Shown here: positions 12,694 to 28,911 of the stretch, piece after piece
Numbering within the stretch: the first letter of the stretch is position 1
Layout: each line of letters starts with the position of its first letter
Origin: the human T2T-CHM13v2.0 reference genome, Homo sapiens
Length of the DNA: 64,000 bases
Reading direction: 5' to 3' (one strand)
Assembly (NCBI RefSeq): GCF_009914755.1
Contig: NC_060935.1
Translations under genes and position numbers: made by a program
The notes under the pieces: model-generated
Told to the model about the DNA's origin: nothing
The model's input: the letters and a program-made list of their open reading frames with translations, nothing else
The model's database searches: none

Positions 12694-13661
12694 GAAGAAA
12701 ATTTTAAAAAGCTAAAAATTTAGTCAATCTTATTAGCATTATATCAAATGAAAATAACAGTGAGCGTTTGGCCTGGATTCATATGAAACATGACCAAGTG
12801 AATGAACAAATAAAGTATAACTTAATTAATACGTTTCTTGAGTCCTTGTCTAGTGTCAGTCAGGAGATATGGGATCCAGACTTAGCGTATACAACAAACC
12901 AGCTTTGTTTTGTTACCAAGTCACTAATTTCTCTGTGCTTCATTTCTCTTAATTATTATAAATAAATTGGCCAGCTGACTGGGTTTACATTGTTCACTTG
13001 TAAATACATGGATCAGACAAGTATTCATTTTTTAATCAGTGATTCAAAAACAATTCTATCTTAGTTTATCATGGTGTTTCCAAGGTAGAATGAAAACTAA
13101 CAAAAATATTTTTAGAAGAATTCTATTGACATAGCTAAATTTTTTATGTTAAATTTTATTTAATATCTTGTTCATAAACATTAAGAGAACATAAAGCTCT
13201 GGTTTTATTATTTTATACACTATAATGAGATCCTTGTTTAATGGAGGATGTGAAAAAAATTAGGGATATGTCATTATTCAGTCTTATTGTAGAAAATGTA
13301 TTCATTTAGAATATTGTTAGAGTAATAAACAATAATTAATCTAATATAATGTTCTTACATGAACAGAATATTTTACAATTGTGTGCAAAATATAGTTTTT
13401 AAATGAACAAGAAACATTAAATGCAGTGAAGGTGATTTAAAACTAAAAGGCAATCAAATCTGGACTAAAATACATCAAATGAAAATGAGGAAACCCTAAT
13501 ATACAATACAGTTTTCTTCTTCCTCCTTAACTCCTCCTCTAAAAGTTCTATATACTCATCACATCATTTAACTAATTATTTAGTTGATATCATTTTCTCT
13601 AATACAACTTAATCCCTACATGGAATTGGGTCAAATCAAAAATATGTAAATGACAATCTAG

Positions 13662-14000
<339 letters not shown>

Positions 14001-14419
14001 AATAATTTTTCATTCCAATTGCAAGTCAAAATCTTTACCAAATATTTGTTTACATGCTTATTGTTTATCATTACATCTAGATTCTAAACTCCCTGAAAAC
14101 TCCAAGTTTTGCCAATTATATTGCTAAGACCAGAAAAAAAAATACATTTTCCTCAATCTTAGCAATCAAATCCCATAATAAAAAGTTATAACTTTCAGAG
14201 TAACTCAGCAACCTCTCTCAAACATCTTATATTCCATTTTACATAAAAGGAAATAATATCAAATATATGAAGAAATTCAGTGTCCAACACTGTATAGCTA
14301 CCTGATACACCCACAATTTGAAATATATTACAAGACACATTTTCCCCAAGAGATGCATTGCTTCTCTTTTTCTGATTCAAAGTAGTGAATAAGGTAAGTA
14401 CATGATTACAAAATTAGTT

Positions 14420-14784
14420 GGGAGGCCAGTAAACTGAGTTTGCTCTAGCATTATGGTTTCCTATGTAAGCAAACTAAAACCCAACTCAGCATAAATGGTC
14501 ATATTTTAGGAAAGCAAAACTTAAGCTTAACTAATCAGAAACTTCCAACTAACCTCTAAACAAGGATTTTCTACCGGAATTATCCAAATAAGGCTACTGT
14601 TCCACTTTAACCAATCCAGTGATTCCTATGCTTTGCTTCTTTTTCACCTTCTGAAAGCCTTCCCCTCACACTCCCTCAGGGTAGCCCCTAGCTGCTAGGT
14701 GTCTGGCACTGCTTGGTTTATAAGTCACTGTGGGACCAAATAAGCTCTTTGATATTTTAATGTGCCTCAGCTTATCTTTTAGCA
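14420..14784 (+). mobile_element. ERV1 solo LTR (MER31/MER67-like)
   Basis: aaccaatc box and end ...ttttaatgtgcctcagcttatcttttagca resemble recalled consensus; 5' end approximate. Confidence 0.55.
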
Positions 14785-14820
14785 CCATATACACAATGGT
14801 ACACAGTGGTCTCAATACTA

Positions 14821-14902
14821 TTAGGCAACCAGTGCAAAAGTAATTGCGGTTTTCCCATTAAAAGTAATAGCAAAAGCTGCAATTACTTTTGCACCGACCT
14901 AA
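14821..14902. mobile_element. MADE1 (Hsmar1-derived MITE)
   Basis: ttagg...gtgcaaaagtaattgc / gcaattacttttgcac...cctaa terminal inverted repeats, flanked by TA. Confidence 0.93.
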
Positions 14903-15074
14903 TAGTTTTATGATAGGTACAGAACAGATTTGTAAAATATTTTATTCCTGAATTCATAAAAAAAAACTGATACAAGAATAACAATGAAATGTAACTCAAA
15001 TAATTGATTCTATAAAGATATATGCTACTGATGTACAAGTCAGTGGCTTTCAGGTCCTCTAAACTGATGTATAG

Positions 15075-15372
15075 CAGCAGTCCCCAACATTTTTGGCACC
15101 AGGGACCAGTTTCGTGGAAGACAATTTTTCCACGGACCATGGGGAATGGTTTTGAAAAGATAATCAGATTCTAATAAGGAGCCCACAATTTAGATCCCTT
15201 GCATGTGCAATTCGTAGTAGGGTTCGGGCTCCTATGAGAATCTAATGCTGCTGCTATCTGACAGGAGGCAGAACTCAGATGGTAATACTTGCTTGCCCTC
15301 CTGCTTTGCCACCCAGTTAATAACAAGCCACAGACGGGTACTGGTCCACAGCCTGGGGCTTGGGGACCCCTG
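15075..15372. mobile_element. MER1B-like hAT-Charlie element
   Basis: TIRs cagcagtccccaac...ttggggacccctg and typical internal sequence. Confidence 0.88.
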
Positions 15373-15392
15373 AATAGGGGACGACTTACATC

Positions 15393-16085
15393 TGTTAACC
15401 AAAAAGTGACTGAGGCAGGCCTCAATTAATAGGGGTTTATTTAGCCAAGGATGAGGATACACCTGGGAAAAAACACAAATCACAGGAGCTTCTGTGACCT
15501 GTGTTTTTTCCAAAAGGGGTTTTGGGAACTTCAGTATTTAAAGGGGAAAGAGCAAGCAGGAGGGAAAAGAGGAAGGAAAGGTAGGTAATGAAGCAAATGG
15601 TTACATTCTTATGAGGGTCTGATTAGACTCAGTAAATCTACATTTTACATATGATAAAGTAAACATGTGAAGGAGTAGAGGAAAAAGTCAATTATGCATT
15701 TGTCTCAGGGTAGGTGAAGGGATGATTTCTGGTCTTGTCCTATAACCTGTGAAGATAAACTGGTTATTGATATTGTCAGAGTAAGATTCAACAGAACTCA
15801 GTTTTAGGGATAGTTTACAGAGGGGGGATATGTATCTTAAAAGATATGGGAGCTTACAAGGGACTTCCTTGTGAGCAATTTGTGAGGGAGGCCATCTGGG
15901 GAGATATGTGATCCTCTATCATTGTGGGAACCTGGCTTACGGATGAGGCTGTGACACAGAGTTGTGAAATTACAACTATCTGTTTGGGAACAAAAGGATG
16001 GCAGTATTTTGTGACTCAGTTCCCATGGTTAATTTTTCTTTTGTCCTGATAAGTTTGAGGTCCCAAGATTCTATTTTCTTTCACA
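15393..16085 (-). mobile_element. MER4-group solo LTR
   Basis: TG...CA ends (minus strand TGTGAAAGAAAAT...); 4-bp TSD catc at 15389-15392 and 16086-16089. Confidence 0.85.
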
Positions 16086-16494
16086 CATCTTAGAGGAATG
16101 TCTAAGGCATGGCCATTAGCTCAGGTGTCTGATTTATAAATTCTTTTAGTCAGGCTTTTGACGTAAAAGAAATTGACATCCTGTTTCTGTTTAAATCTCT
16201 AGTGAGAATCTAAAATATAGACACGTGTCTAACGACTGGAGAAGTTTCATATTTTTTCTGATTAAGAAATAGTAGTGGGGCTTCCAGAATGTCAGAAGTG
16301 GTCCAAAATACCACTCCTCTCATGAAAACACCAGAAAACTAGAACAAATTCAAAACCAACTGTTATAAAACTTTTCAAAGTATCTGGTCTGGGGTTGTGA
16401 AGCTCTGGCGCTATCCCGGACCATCTGGTTTCTTGAAGCAGCTGCGCCTATAAACAAGAAACTAATGGAAAATCAGTAAGAAAAAGAACATTCC

Positions 16495-16804
<310 letters not shown>

Positions 16805-17239
16805 CTATTTCATCAGGGCTGCCCTGGGGAATGCTTTCAAAAGAAAGAAATAATAATTGAGAATATTCAAAAGCAGAAGTCAAATAAAAATTCCTTCAAA
16901 GTAGAAATTTGTCTATTTTTAATAATGGCGTTAGTAGACCATACAAACTGTCATGGTGACTACCATGAAGAATTATACTTACTTAAATTTGCAAAATATT
17001 ATTGTCTAAGAAGTTACTATATTTATATATTATCTTATTTGTGGTTTTATGTACTCTTTAGTAATTACATGAGCCTTCAAATTTCCAGAGATTCTTTCTT
17101 GGTTTTAAGGAATAACAATAATTTTCACCAAAAAGGGATTTAAGTTCATTACTTCTGGCTCACATGGAAACATCCTGGATGAGGACAGCCCTCCCCCCAC
17201 CCCCCCACACACAGACACTTTCTCTCTCTCTCTCAAGAT

Positions 17240-17400
17240 GTAGATTTACAGATATAGATATATAGATAGATGTAGATATAATGTACGTATTTCTGTCTCT
17301 ATCTATAGATATCTGTATCTATATCTATATATAGAGTCTATTATACATGTGTCTATGTGTGTGCTTGTTTCTATATGTATAAATACACATATATATTCTC
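17240..17400. repeat. Degenerate (TAGA)/(TCTA)/(TA) simple repeat
   Basis: Direct reading. Confidence 0.8.
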
Positions 17401-17862
17401 TATTACTTCAGAAATTTGTTCTCTTTATTCTCTTTTGATATTCTTAAAGAAAAACAAAACCAAACTTTGGTTTCCCAATTAATATAAGGTCAGAATTCAT
17501 TGTCTCAAAATAGAATCTGTTAGAATTTGAAGAAATAATGTAGTAGAAGTTGGTCTTCTGGGTATAAGCTTTGTGTGGGTCCTTAACATTTCAATTTAAA
17601 TTTAGATTGACCTCTTAACCCAACACTTTGCTTTAAATTAATTTTTCTCAGATGACACAAATTACAGAAACATTTTGCTAATACTTCACTGATACAACAT
17701 CACAGATAAACCCTTGAAATATATTCAAGTGCTTACAATTAAAACCAAAGTTGTCCATTGTAATGCTAATCCATTATGTTTTATTTATGAAGCATACCAA
17801 AATTAATTTCCTAATTTAAAATGTTATTAGACACATTTTTATGTCAATCATTTCATTGTTGA

Positions 17863-18203
<341 letters not shown>

Positions 18204-19291
18204 TAACTGATAGGTCTTTAATAATCAGATTGAAGGAATTTTTTAGTGTGTTGAGAACCTCGAGATAAATCTGTTTCAGTAGATTAACCCCTGATATTTG
18301 GCAACAGTTATAAGAATATCATCAATATTGCTTTTGGCAGAAAATCCATCTCCTAAAGATTTCTAAAATTATAACTGTTCCATGGCCAGGTAACAATGAT
18401 TTTGGCACTCAGCATTTTTCAACCTCTTTTAAAAATAATAGTATCTGGAATTTTGAAATGATTGTTATTAACTAGCCTAATCTCTAGGGAATGTGGTTTA
18501 GTTGGTATTTATGCCAATTCCTCTCCTCTTCATAAGTGGACACTAAAGACTTAATTCAATAAGCTTATTTGATAAACCTAATCAAAATAGTTTTTTGTTT
18601 TTCAAAAATAGAGACAGAAACTAGTGCTGGCCCATGAAAAAATATGTTTGCTATGGATTCCGGCAAAGCAAAGTTCTTTATAAGTTAAACTAATCATGAC
18701 CTATGGTGCAACCTTATTTCCAACTACAAAGGAAAGCTGGTGAATGGATGTGAAGAAAACCTTTTTTTTTTTTTTTTTTTTTTTTTTGCTGACAGAGAAG
18801 GCAGTGCAAAACAGACCAAGCTTATCATCATCCTTGTTGAAAATATTTGAGATGATGGACCAAACCTTGCTTGATCTAGCTTTACTTCTGGAATTTTCAG
18901 TTGTGACACACAAAACTTCCTCTTACTATCTAACAGGTGATGAGGTGGATTTTATGTCACTTAAAATAATAAGCTTCCCAAAAGATACTTTGATGCTCAG
19001 AGGTGTTTGCTTTTAAGGATGACTTATTATAATAATAGTATTGTTTATGTGAGCCAGTGAGGCAGCAAATGGAATCATACATAGCAATCATTTTCAACTT
19101 TTTAAAATATGAAACTAGAGTTGTCTCCATTTGAAAGATTTGCAACGCTATATTTATAGACTAAGAGGTACATCATATCTAGACGTAAATTTTCAGAAGA
19201 CTACTCAAGTGGTCACTAATATTGATATTTATCTTCAGAAATATCTTTCAAATCCATAATCATCTCTTTTTAATCAATATCACTGCCCAGA

Positions 19292-19614
<323 letters not shown>

Positions 19615-19679
19615 TCACTGCTCAGACTTTATGCACTCAGTTTCTCCTGCTTTGAAAACTCAAATAGTTTTCTAACTAT

Positions 19680-19845
19680 ATTACTTGACTCTATCCTTAT
19701 CCTTGTCCAATAAGTATGTTGCCAAAATAACCTAACAAAACATATCTGTGCATGTCACTACCTGCTGATCAAAGATGTAATAGCTTTCATCTTTTTCAGA
19801 ATATAAGTTAAACTAATCATGACCTATGGTGCATTTTATGATCTA
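19680..19845 (+). mobile_element. L2 fragment
   Basis: catatctgtgcatgtcactacctgct...ttttatgatct resembles the L2 3' region. Confidence 0.5.
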
Positions 19846-20068
19846 AAGGAGTGCTATAAAATAAGAAAATAACACTCTAAACATAAAATTATCACAAACT
19901 AGAAATGCTATGTTACTAAAAAACCTATTGATTATAAACAAAGTATTATAAAGATTACTAACTTACTAAATAAGTAATTACTAAATTACTAAATAAAATA
20001 AAAGTGAATATATCAATTGTGAAATGGTGAGATATCGCTAATGCAGTATTAAAAAAATATTTAGGTAT

Positions 20069-20414
<346 letters not shown>

Positions 20415-20419
20415 TTAGT

Positions 20420-20640
20420 GTAGTTAGCCACTAGCCACGTGACTATTGACATTTACATTTAAATTTAAACTTATAAATTAAAGAAATAAATGCATTTAAA
20501 ATTAAATAAAATCTGAAAATCAGCTTTTCAACTGTGTTAGTAACTTTTCAAGTGCTTGGTAGTTGCATGTAGCTAGCAGTTACTGTACTGGACACTGAAA
20601 ATACAGAGTATGTTTAGCATATCAAACATAATACTGTAAT
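20420..20640. mobile_element. MER33-like hAT-Charlie
   Basis: agccactagccacgtg...ttcaagtgcttggtag...gtactggacactg. Confidence 0.7.
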
Positions 20641-22358
20641 ATTATCTAGTCCTTTTAGAAAAAACAATCTTTTTTACATACCATCAGTTAATCTGGCGCT
20701 TTATCCAATCTGAATATATATTTATACCACAGACAAAACTGAAAATGAGTATCTTTCTGGGTTAAACTATTAAACATACAGGCTCTATCTTCTGCTATGT
20801 CTTAACTTTAATTTTAAATTCAGAGAGGTTTTGAGTTTGCAATACCAAGGTTCATATTCTAATATAGGTTTAAACTCATCCTTGCATTTGTGGAGATGGA
20901 AGTTTCTACTCAGTTACAGGTTCACAGCCAGATCACTAACACTCACTTCACTGCCCCTTTGGAACCCTGGTCACACAACGGCTAAGACCCAGATATATGA
21001 TTATCTATCTATTTACCTATCTATCCATCTATCTATTATCTGTCTATAATGCATTATATTTGAAGCTTAGGAGTCTCTGCAAATTCTTCCCCTGAAGCCC
21101 TGGTATATGCCAAGTTGTTGCAGCAATGTAGACCTGTTTATTCCTGCAGGCTATTGTATAAGTACCTTATACACATCTCTCAGAGAAGATAGGAGCCCTG
21201 TCAGGTTGGAACCAATACATCTTCCTCTGACAAGTGCTTTCCAAGTCACAAGCATGGAGTGTATTGGCTTATGTGCCTGCATTCACCACTCAGCAATATA
21301 TCAGTACCTGTGTTGGCTTTTCTCCACCATAACCAATAACATCAGCACCTTTGCAAATGGCATTTAGTACAAAGGCATTATTCACTCTAAAGGCAAGCTC
21401 ATTATAAACCACCTAGTTACAGCTGAGTGTTTGAACAAGTTTATATCATGGTCAGTGAAGGCAAAAGGCAGTATTCCTCCACAATGATCCTGCATCCCTC
21501 TAGACTTTATTTACTCTGACAAAGGAGATTTATCCTCTGTTATTTGCTATAGATACCTTTCACTATCAATCAGAGGTAGGTTTAATCTCTCACTGTGGCA
21601 TTGATTTCTCTTTAGCATCTCTTTGCTTGTGCTTTTTACTGCATATTCTTGAGTTATAGGTTATAAAGAGCATCCCATGTTGGACACTACAGTGTACAAA
21701 ATTTGAAGTATTAGCATTAATGAGACATTCAAGAGACCCTCAGGAAGTCATAGCAGGCCCCAAGAATCAAGGCAGAAAACTGCATGCCAGTAAGATTTCA
21801 TCAGGTGCATCTCTAAGGTGGGAGTTCCCATTTCAGTCAAGGGGTGAATTTCTTGCCCTTATCCACACACTTATACCTCAGGAAACTCAGTAACGTACTC
21901 ACTAATATAGCAACTATATTACAAGGTGGCTATGAAAGCCACCCTGCTTAAAAGTCATACATTTAAAAAATGGAGCCAATATTTATTATAACAGCCCATG
22001 AGCACAAATTTTAGCATCCTGGCATGGGACATGTCCAATTGCAAGAACCAGCACATTCAGGGAAGCCCAACATTTTGACTTGATAGTGGATGGTATAATC
22101 AAGAACATAGGGAAGAAAATGTTCACAAGAGTTTTAGGAATTGGTGAGGAGAGAATAATAGTGTCATTATTTATAGAAGTTATCACTTTGAAAAATCAAC
22201 ATAAAATTATGTAGTTCTCTTCAGTGAAGGACTTCATAGATAACACTAACAGAAAATGAGAAACTAAAAACTATCTTTGTGATATCTAAAATTCACAAGG
22301 CATTAATGCCTAAAATATGACAGGAAGTCCTACAAATAGGAAAGTGGGTCATTAATAG

Positions 22359-22783
22359 TGCATTAGGCAGAGTCCCTGTCAGAAACAGATAAAACACTCA
22401 AACTGAGTAATTAAAGGGTCGATTTACAAAGTTGTGGACAGGGTTTAGGAAAAGCACCAACGTTTATTGCAGTATCTTGAGACTAGAAATAGCAGAGACA
22501 CTGTTTGGTTTTCTAGGACTGAAAGGGAATGAGCAGAAAGTTATTATGGACAGGGGAAAAATATATATGTGTATATATATATATTTGGCAATACTTGGCT
22601 ATGCCTCCTATTTCCTGGCTATGCCTCCTACTGTTGAATGCGAACCACAAATCTGAAGGCAAGGAAACATTCTGATGGAGCTCATACTGGTCACCCTTCC
22701 AGGGAAAAGAGTAGAGTGGAGAAGGGTGGTAGAGAAGGGTGAGAAATGGACCTTAAAAGGCAAAAGAGATGATGTCTAGCAGA
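22359..22783. mobile_element. LTR33-like ERVL LTR
   Basis: gaaacagataaaacactcaaactgagtaatt...tttacaaagttgtggacaggg resembles recalled consensus. Confidence 0.6.
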
Positions 22784-22889
22784 GATGTGGACAGGCACTG
22801 TAGAAGATAAGCCATAAACTTCCGACCTAAATGTCAAGTGAGCTCTTCATATTGCCTCAGTTTGGCTCTCAAGTCTACTTAGTAATTAC

Positions 22890-23290
22890 AGTATATTTCT
22901 CTAATCCACTCACTTTCCTATGTTCCTTGACGACCACTCATTTTTTCTCCTTAATCCTAAAACTTGCAAGAACCCCTCTTCCATCTTCACTCTTAGTTAA
23001 GGACTTTTCTTCCTTTCTTATGAAAAACTTAGAACAATGAGTAGAGAATCTGCACATACCCCATTCACCATGCTCCCACCTGCTGGCATATGTAGTTGTA
23101 TATTTTGCCGTTTTGCTAAACTCTATTTCCCTTTCAGTGGTGCCTAGATTTCAAATATTTAGCTTAATAGAGATCATTGCTCTTATAGGTTTCTCTCTCT
23201 CTTTTTGATTAAATTTTCTCTAATAGATCTTCCCGTCAGCATTCAGATATTTCTCATATCTTAAAAATATATATATATTTTCACCTTGCT
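22890..23290 (+). mobile_element. L2 fragment
   Basis: Pyrimidine-rich decayed L2-like sequence. Confidence 0.45.
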
Positions 23291-23736
23291 ACCTCAAAAA
23301 ATCTTTATCTTTTTGAAGATGGCATGTATTCAGAAGGGTATGTATCACTCCCACTTTGGTTCATATATTTTGCTGGCGATAGGAAGTAACAGGCTCATGC
23401 CTGAGTTTTATTTACAGAGAAATGAAGCCTACAATTTGTACAGAGCGAGAATGCCAATAGTTTTAAACATCTTTACTGAAAATCAAAATCATTTCCTCTT
23501 TAATTCCATCAAATATCTAATAATTTTCATTTTATTTTTCTCAGTACCAAGTCCTCCATGGGCCTTTACTATGTATTTATCAGTACCTAGGGCTTCTGTC
23601 TTGTTTTCAATTTAGCTTTCATTTCTATAAAAATTTTTCTCTCAAATTTTTTGAGGTCTACCACGTTAATCTTTATCTCCCTGTATCTTTTCTGGGCTTT
23701 TATGTCGTGTTTTGAGTTTAGATTTAAAATAGGTAA

Positions 23737-24245
23737 TGTGCTGGTTTTGTAAATACAGTCACACATTTTTGATACTTCTTTCTTTAAGAGGTGGACCTAA
23801 CCCCCTCTTTTTGGCTGTTTGCTAAACTTAGTGACTTGTTTTTAACAAATACAATAAAGTGGAAGTGACAGCACGCAACTCTAAACACTCGATCACAACA
23901 GGCACTATTATTAGCATTTCTCTCTCTTTCTCTCTTGAACTCTCTAACTCTCCCTCTCACATCACTCACTCTGGGGCATGTAAGCTGCCTTGTGAGTAGC
24001 CCTGTGAAGCAGCCCACATGGTGAGGAACTGAGACAATCTGACATCTGTCACATGAATGCACAGGGAAGTGGATCCTCAACTCCTATCAAGCCTTTGGAA
24101 GACTGTGCTACAGGCAGACATAATGATAACAATCCTATGCGAAACCCTGAACCAGACCACCCAGCTATGCTTCTGAATACCTGACCCACAGAAACTATCA
24201 GATAATGCATGTTTTTTTGTTAAATTATTGTGAAAATTTTGTTAA
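23737..24245 (+). mobile_element. MLT1F-like MaLR LTR
   Basis: gcccacatggtgaggaactgag...cctgacccacagaaactatcagataat. Confidence 0.8.
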
Positions 24246-24877
24246 CAATTTTCTCCAGATTTATGAAAACATTTGGATAATTGACTTGTTGGTTTATCTT
24301 TTTTTTCCTCCATCCACTGGCTTCTTTTATAAATTTTGATTATTTTTAAATTAATAACTGACTTAATGAGGCTGATACTTCTTTTACCACCTGTTGTTTG
24401 TGTTAGAAATGATCATCTCTGACTCACAATGAATTTTATGAGCATCTAAGTTATTTTGCATCTTCCTACTCTATAGAGATTAGAAACTTCAGGTCTTTTC
24501 AAAATACAGAGTCTTTTCTTTCTCTCCAACGTGCTTTGCTGAAAGACTTTCTGTGTGTGTGTGTGTGTGTTTCTGTCTTTTGTATTTCCCTATGATGTCC
24601 ATTGTGTCTACTAAAATTCCTGCTTTGTAAGTAAACTTTGTTGGTTGCTCCTATTTTTACAAAAAAGAGTTTATTTGCCCCTACTTTAAATGCATATGCT
24701 GTGCTATTTGTCTGAGACCCCCAATCAATTATGCTGTCTTTCTGCCCTGGCTTAATATCTCCCTGCACTCCTTCTTGACCTTCACTCAATTTGAAAGCCC
24801 TTCCTCAGTGTTATGCTGTAAGCCTAGGTATGACTCCCAGGTTTAATGTTCATCATAATTTTTGTCATTATCAGTAA

Positions 24878-25169
<292 letters not shown>

Positions 25170-26022
25170 TCATTATCAGTAATTTTCAAAAGGATAACTG
25201 GGCAATGCTATATCAATTAACACTATATTTAAGGCATTATTTAATATCATTATTTGTAAAGCTTCTCTTTGTTCATTAAGAGCTGAATAGAATTCTCCTC
25301 CAATGATGTATGAAATTCATTTATCAAATGCCCTTTTGAAGAATGTTTTTGTGATTCTATATTTTCTTCTATTATAAACACTGCTTCAATAATGATATCT
25401 TTAAATATCTGTTTTATAGAGAGTGTATTGCTTCATAGCCCCTTTTTGCACTAGCAACTTACCTGCTCTTTATTAGCTTCCAAGATTATATGTCTTAATG
25501 GTTTTTTGTTCAACCTTGCTTTCAAAACAAACTCAAGAGGAGGATACATTGCCAGCCTGTGAATCCCATTCTTTTTATTATAAATAAACAAAGGACCAGC
25601 ATCTTTTCTGAAGAACTGACTTGGTCTGAGGTCTGCACTACAATCATCTTTTCTGAATATCTTTTCTCCCCTGTGTTTGAGTTTCACTGCATTTAGAAAT
25701 TTTTTTTTCTATCCCTTTTTGTGTTACAGAAGCTGCTTACTTTTGTGGACAATGACAATTGCTTTTCTGGTTCTTTTTCTCTTTGTTGTTCTGAGGTGGG
25801 TGCTAACAGAAAAAAAAATTCTATTTTATATTTGACAAATTAAACTAGAAGTTGTACAGCTTCAAGACACTTCCTATGAATTTAGTAACATATGAAGCTC
25901 CAATAACCACATATACTTAGGTAATTAGCTACTCTAATCAGAACTCTTTTATCCTTATTTACTCCCACCTAACAAAAAAATTGAATAAAGATGTATTTAA
26001 AGTGGGAGACGGTTAGTTCTTA

Positions 26023-26351
26023 TTTATTTTATTTATTTTTATTTTTTTTGAGACGGAGTCTCCCTCTGTCGCCCAGGCTAGAGTGCGGTGGCGCGATCCC
26101 AGCTAACTGCAAGCTCTGCCCCCCACCCCCCACCCTCCACCCCCTCACGTCATTCTCCTGCCTCAGCCTCCCAAGTAGCTGGAACTACAGGCACCCGACT
26201 CCACGCCTGGCTATTTTTTCTCTTTGTATTTTTAGTAGAGACAGGGTTTAACCATGTTAGCCAGGATGGTCTCGATCTCCTGATTTCGTAATCCGCCCGC
26301 CTCGGCCTCCCAAAGTGCTGGGATTACAGGCGTGAGCCACTGCTCCCGACC
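26023..26351 (-). mobile_element. AluY-like with internal C-rich tract
   Basis: TSD gttagttctta; AluY diagnostics; C-rich tract at 26119-26144. Confidence 0.94.
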
Positions 26352-26749
26352 AGTTAGTTCTTAATTTAACAATGAATAAAAGTTTGAGAAAAATTGTACA
26401 AACAACTTTTGTCTCTTCACTTTTCCAACTCAACACTAATCAAATTGGTTTGATTAGAATTTTGTTCTGGGAGAACTCTTGGATAATTCTCTCTCTCTCT
26501 ATGTCTCTCTCTCTCTCGGGCCTCTTTAGATAATCTTTGTGTTAACAATTAGTGCACTCCCATATTTCCTAAATACGAAATGAAACAGTTTAATATTTTA
26601 AAGAAAAAGATACACGAAATTATTTAGTTACTATCACTATATTATTGATCCCCATTAGTATCTATAGATATTGTCAAAGGTGATATTCACTTGTTAACAT
26701 ATGTCAGAATATAGCCACTATTCGTAAAAAAAGCACACACATTTCTTGT

Positions 26750-26950
26750 GCGCTAACCCCGATTTTAAATGCTTTACATACATTGACATTCATTCTTTGC
26801 AATTACTTTATGTGATATGTACAGGTATTATCACCATTATATAGATTAGGAAACTGAGGCACGTTAAGTAACTTGCCCTAAGTTACTTAGTAACTGGTAG
26901 AGCTGGAGTCAAACAAGGTAATCAGCCTTCAAAGTTCATGCTTTCAAATA
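26750..26950 (-). mobile_element. MIR
   Basis: Core aggaaactgaggcacgttaagtaacttgccc. Confidence 0.8.
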
Positions 26951-27536
26951 CTGCTTTCTTTTCTCTCTAAGCCCCATTCTAAATGCTTTGAAGAAAACAT
27001 GAACTCTCATCAGTCACACTGGAACTACATTTTACAGATAAGACAACTAAGCTTCAGAAAAGTGAGGTAACTTATTTGTAGTTACACAAGTTGAAAGTAA
27101 AACATTTCCTATTCTAACGAAATTCTATGTTCTATTATTTTCACTGGCTATGGACAGACTGATGTCCATTCCTACTTTGTAAACAGATTATTTGAATATT
27201 TGGATGCAGGTTGCTCAAATCTAGGGCATAATTTATATTTTTGATTAGTTGATTCTTAATTTGATAGGAAACAGAAAAAGGAATATATTGTTCTGTTTAA
27301 ATAAGTAGTATATACTAACCTTGCAACAAATATCTGCTTGAGATTTCAACATCTGTATATGCTGCATTAGCACATATATATTTTTAACATTCAAATATAA
27401 CTGCCTTGTGAATCTTAACAGAACAAGACATATTTTTGAAATTATTTGTTATATTATTTTATTAGATTCTAAAAATAGTTTCATAAAATTCATCTTTAGT
27501 AAATATTGAGCACAGACTTCTTTAAAACAGCATCCT

Positions 27537-27877
<341 letters not shown>

Positions 27878-28242
27878 TCAGTCTTAAATGAGAGGGACCA
27901 AATGATGTTTTTACAAAAGAAAGCAAGAAGGTGCAAAGTCACCATTTTTACTTTCCATGAGAAAGTTTGTGGGAATGATCATTTTCTGACAATATGTACA
28001 GCGGCAAGCCTTGAAACATTTTTAGGAAGCCACTAAGTACTGCGCAGCTGTATGAAAACTGCTTGGTATACCACGGATATCTATACTAAAAGTTTTCACA
28101 ACGGAGTTATAACATAGTCTCCCATTTTCCATTCTAGAGAGCCACATGGATTTAGTAGATATAAAAAAGTTGAAATAATGTTTAGTATTTCTGTTAAAAG
28201 AAAGGACAGTTGGACAGTCAGTAGGGATTTTTCCTTATTAAT

Positions 28243-28505
28243 TTTGGGAGGCCAAGGCGGGCAGATCATGAGGTTAGGAGGTCGAGACCATCCTGGTTAA
28301 CACGGTGAAACCCCGTCTCTACTAAAAACACACACACACAAAAATTAGCCGGGCTTGGTGGCGGGCGCCTGTAGTCCCAGCTACTCGTGAGAGCTGAGGC
28401 AGGAGAATGGCATGAGCCTGGGAGGCGGAGCTTGCAGTGAGCCGAGATTGCGCCACGCCTGGGCCAACAAAGCGAGACTCCGTCTCAAAAACAAAAACAA
28501 AAAAA
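28243..28505 (+). mobile_element. 5'-truncated AluY-like with (CA)n linker
   Basis: Starts at tttgggagg; (CA) repeat in the middle A-rich region. Confidence 0.93.
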
Positions 28506-28586
28506 GACAGCACAATATTATCTTTTCTAAGGTTTTGAAATAAAGATATATTAAGCAAAATAATTTATCAATTATGTAATTCATAA

Positions 28587-28911
<325 letters not shown>

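Noticed and set aside
20800-22190. Possible decayed ERV internal sequence or pseudogene
   Set aside because: No convincing peptide motif recovered by eye
26436-26457. 9-bp inverted repeat ctaatcaaa/tttgattag
   Set aside because: Short and AT-rich; expected by chance
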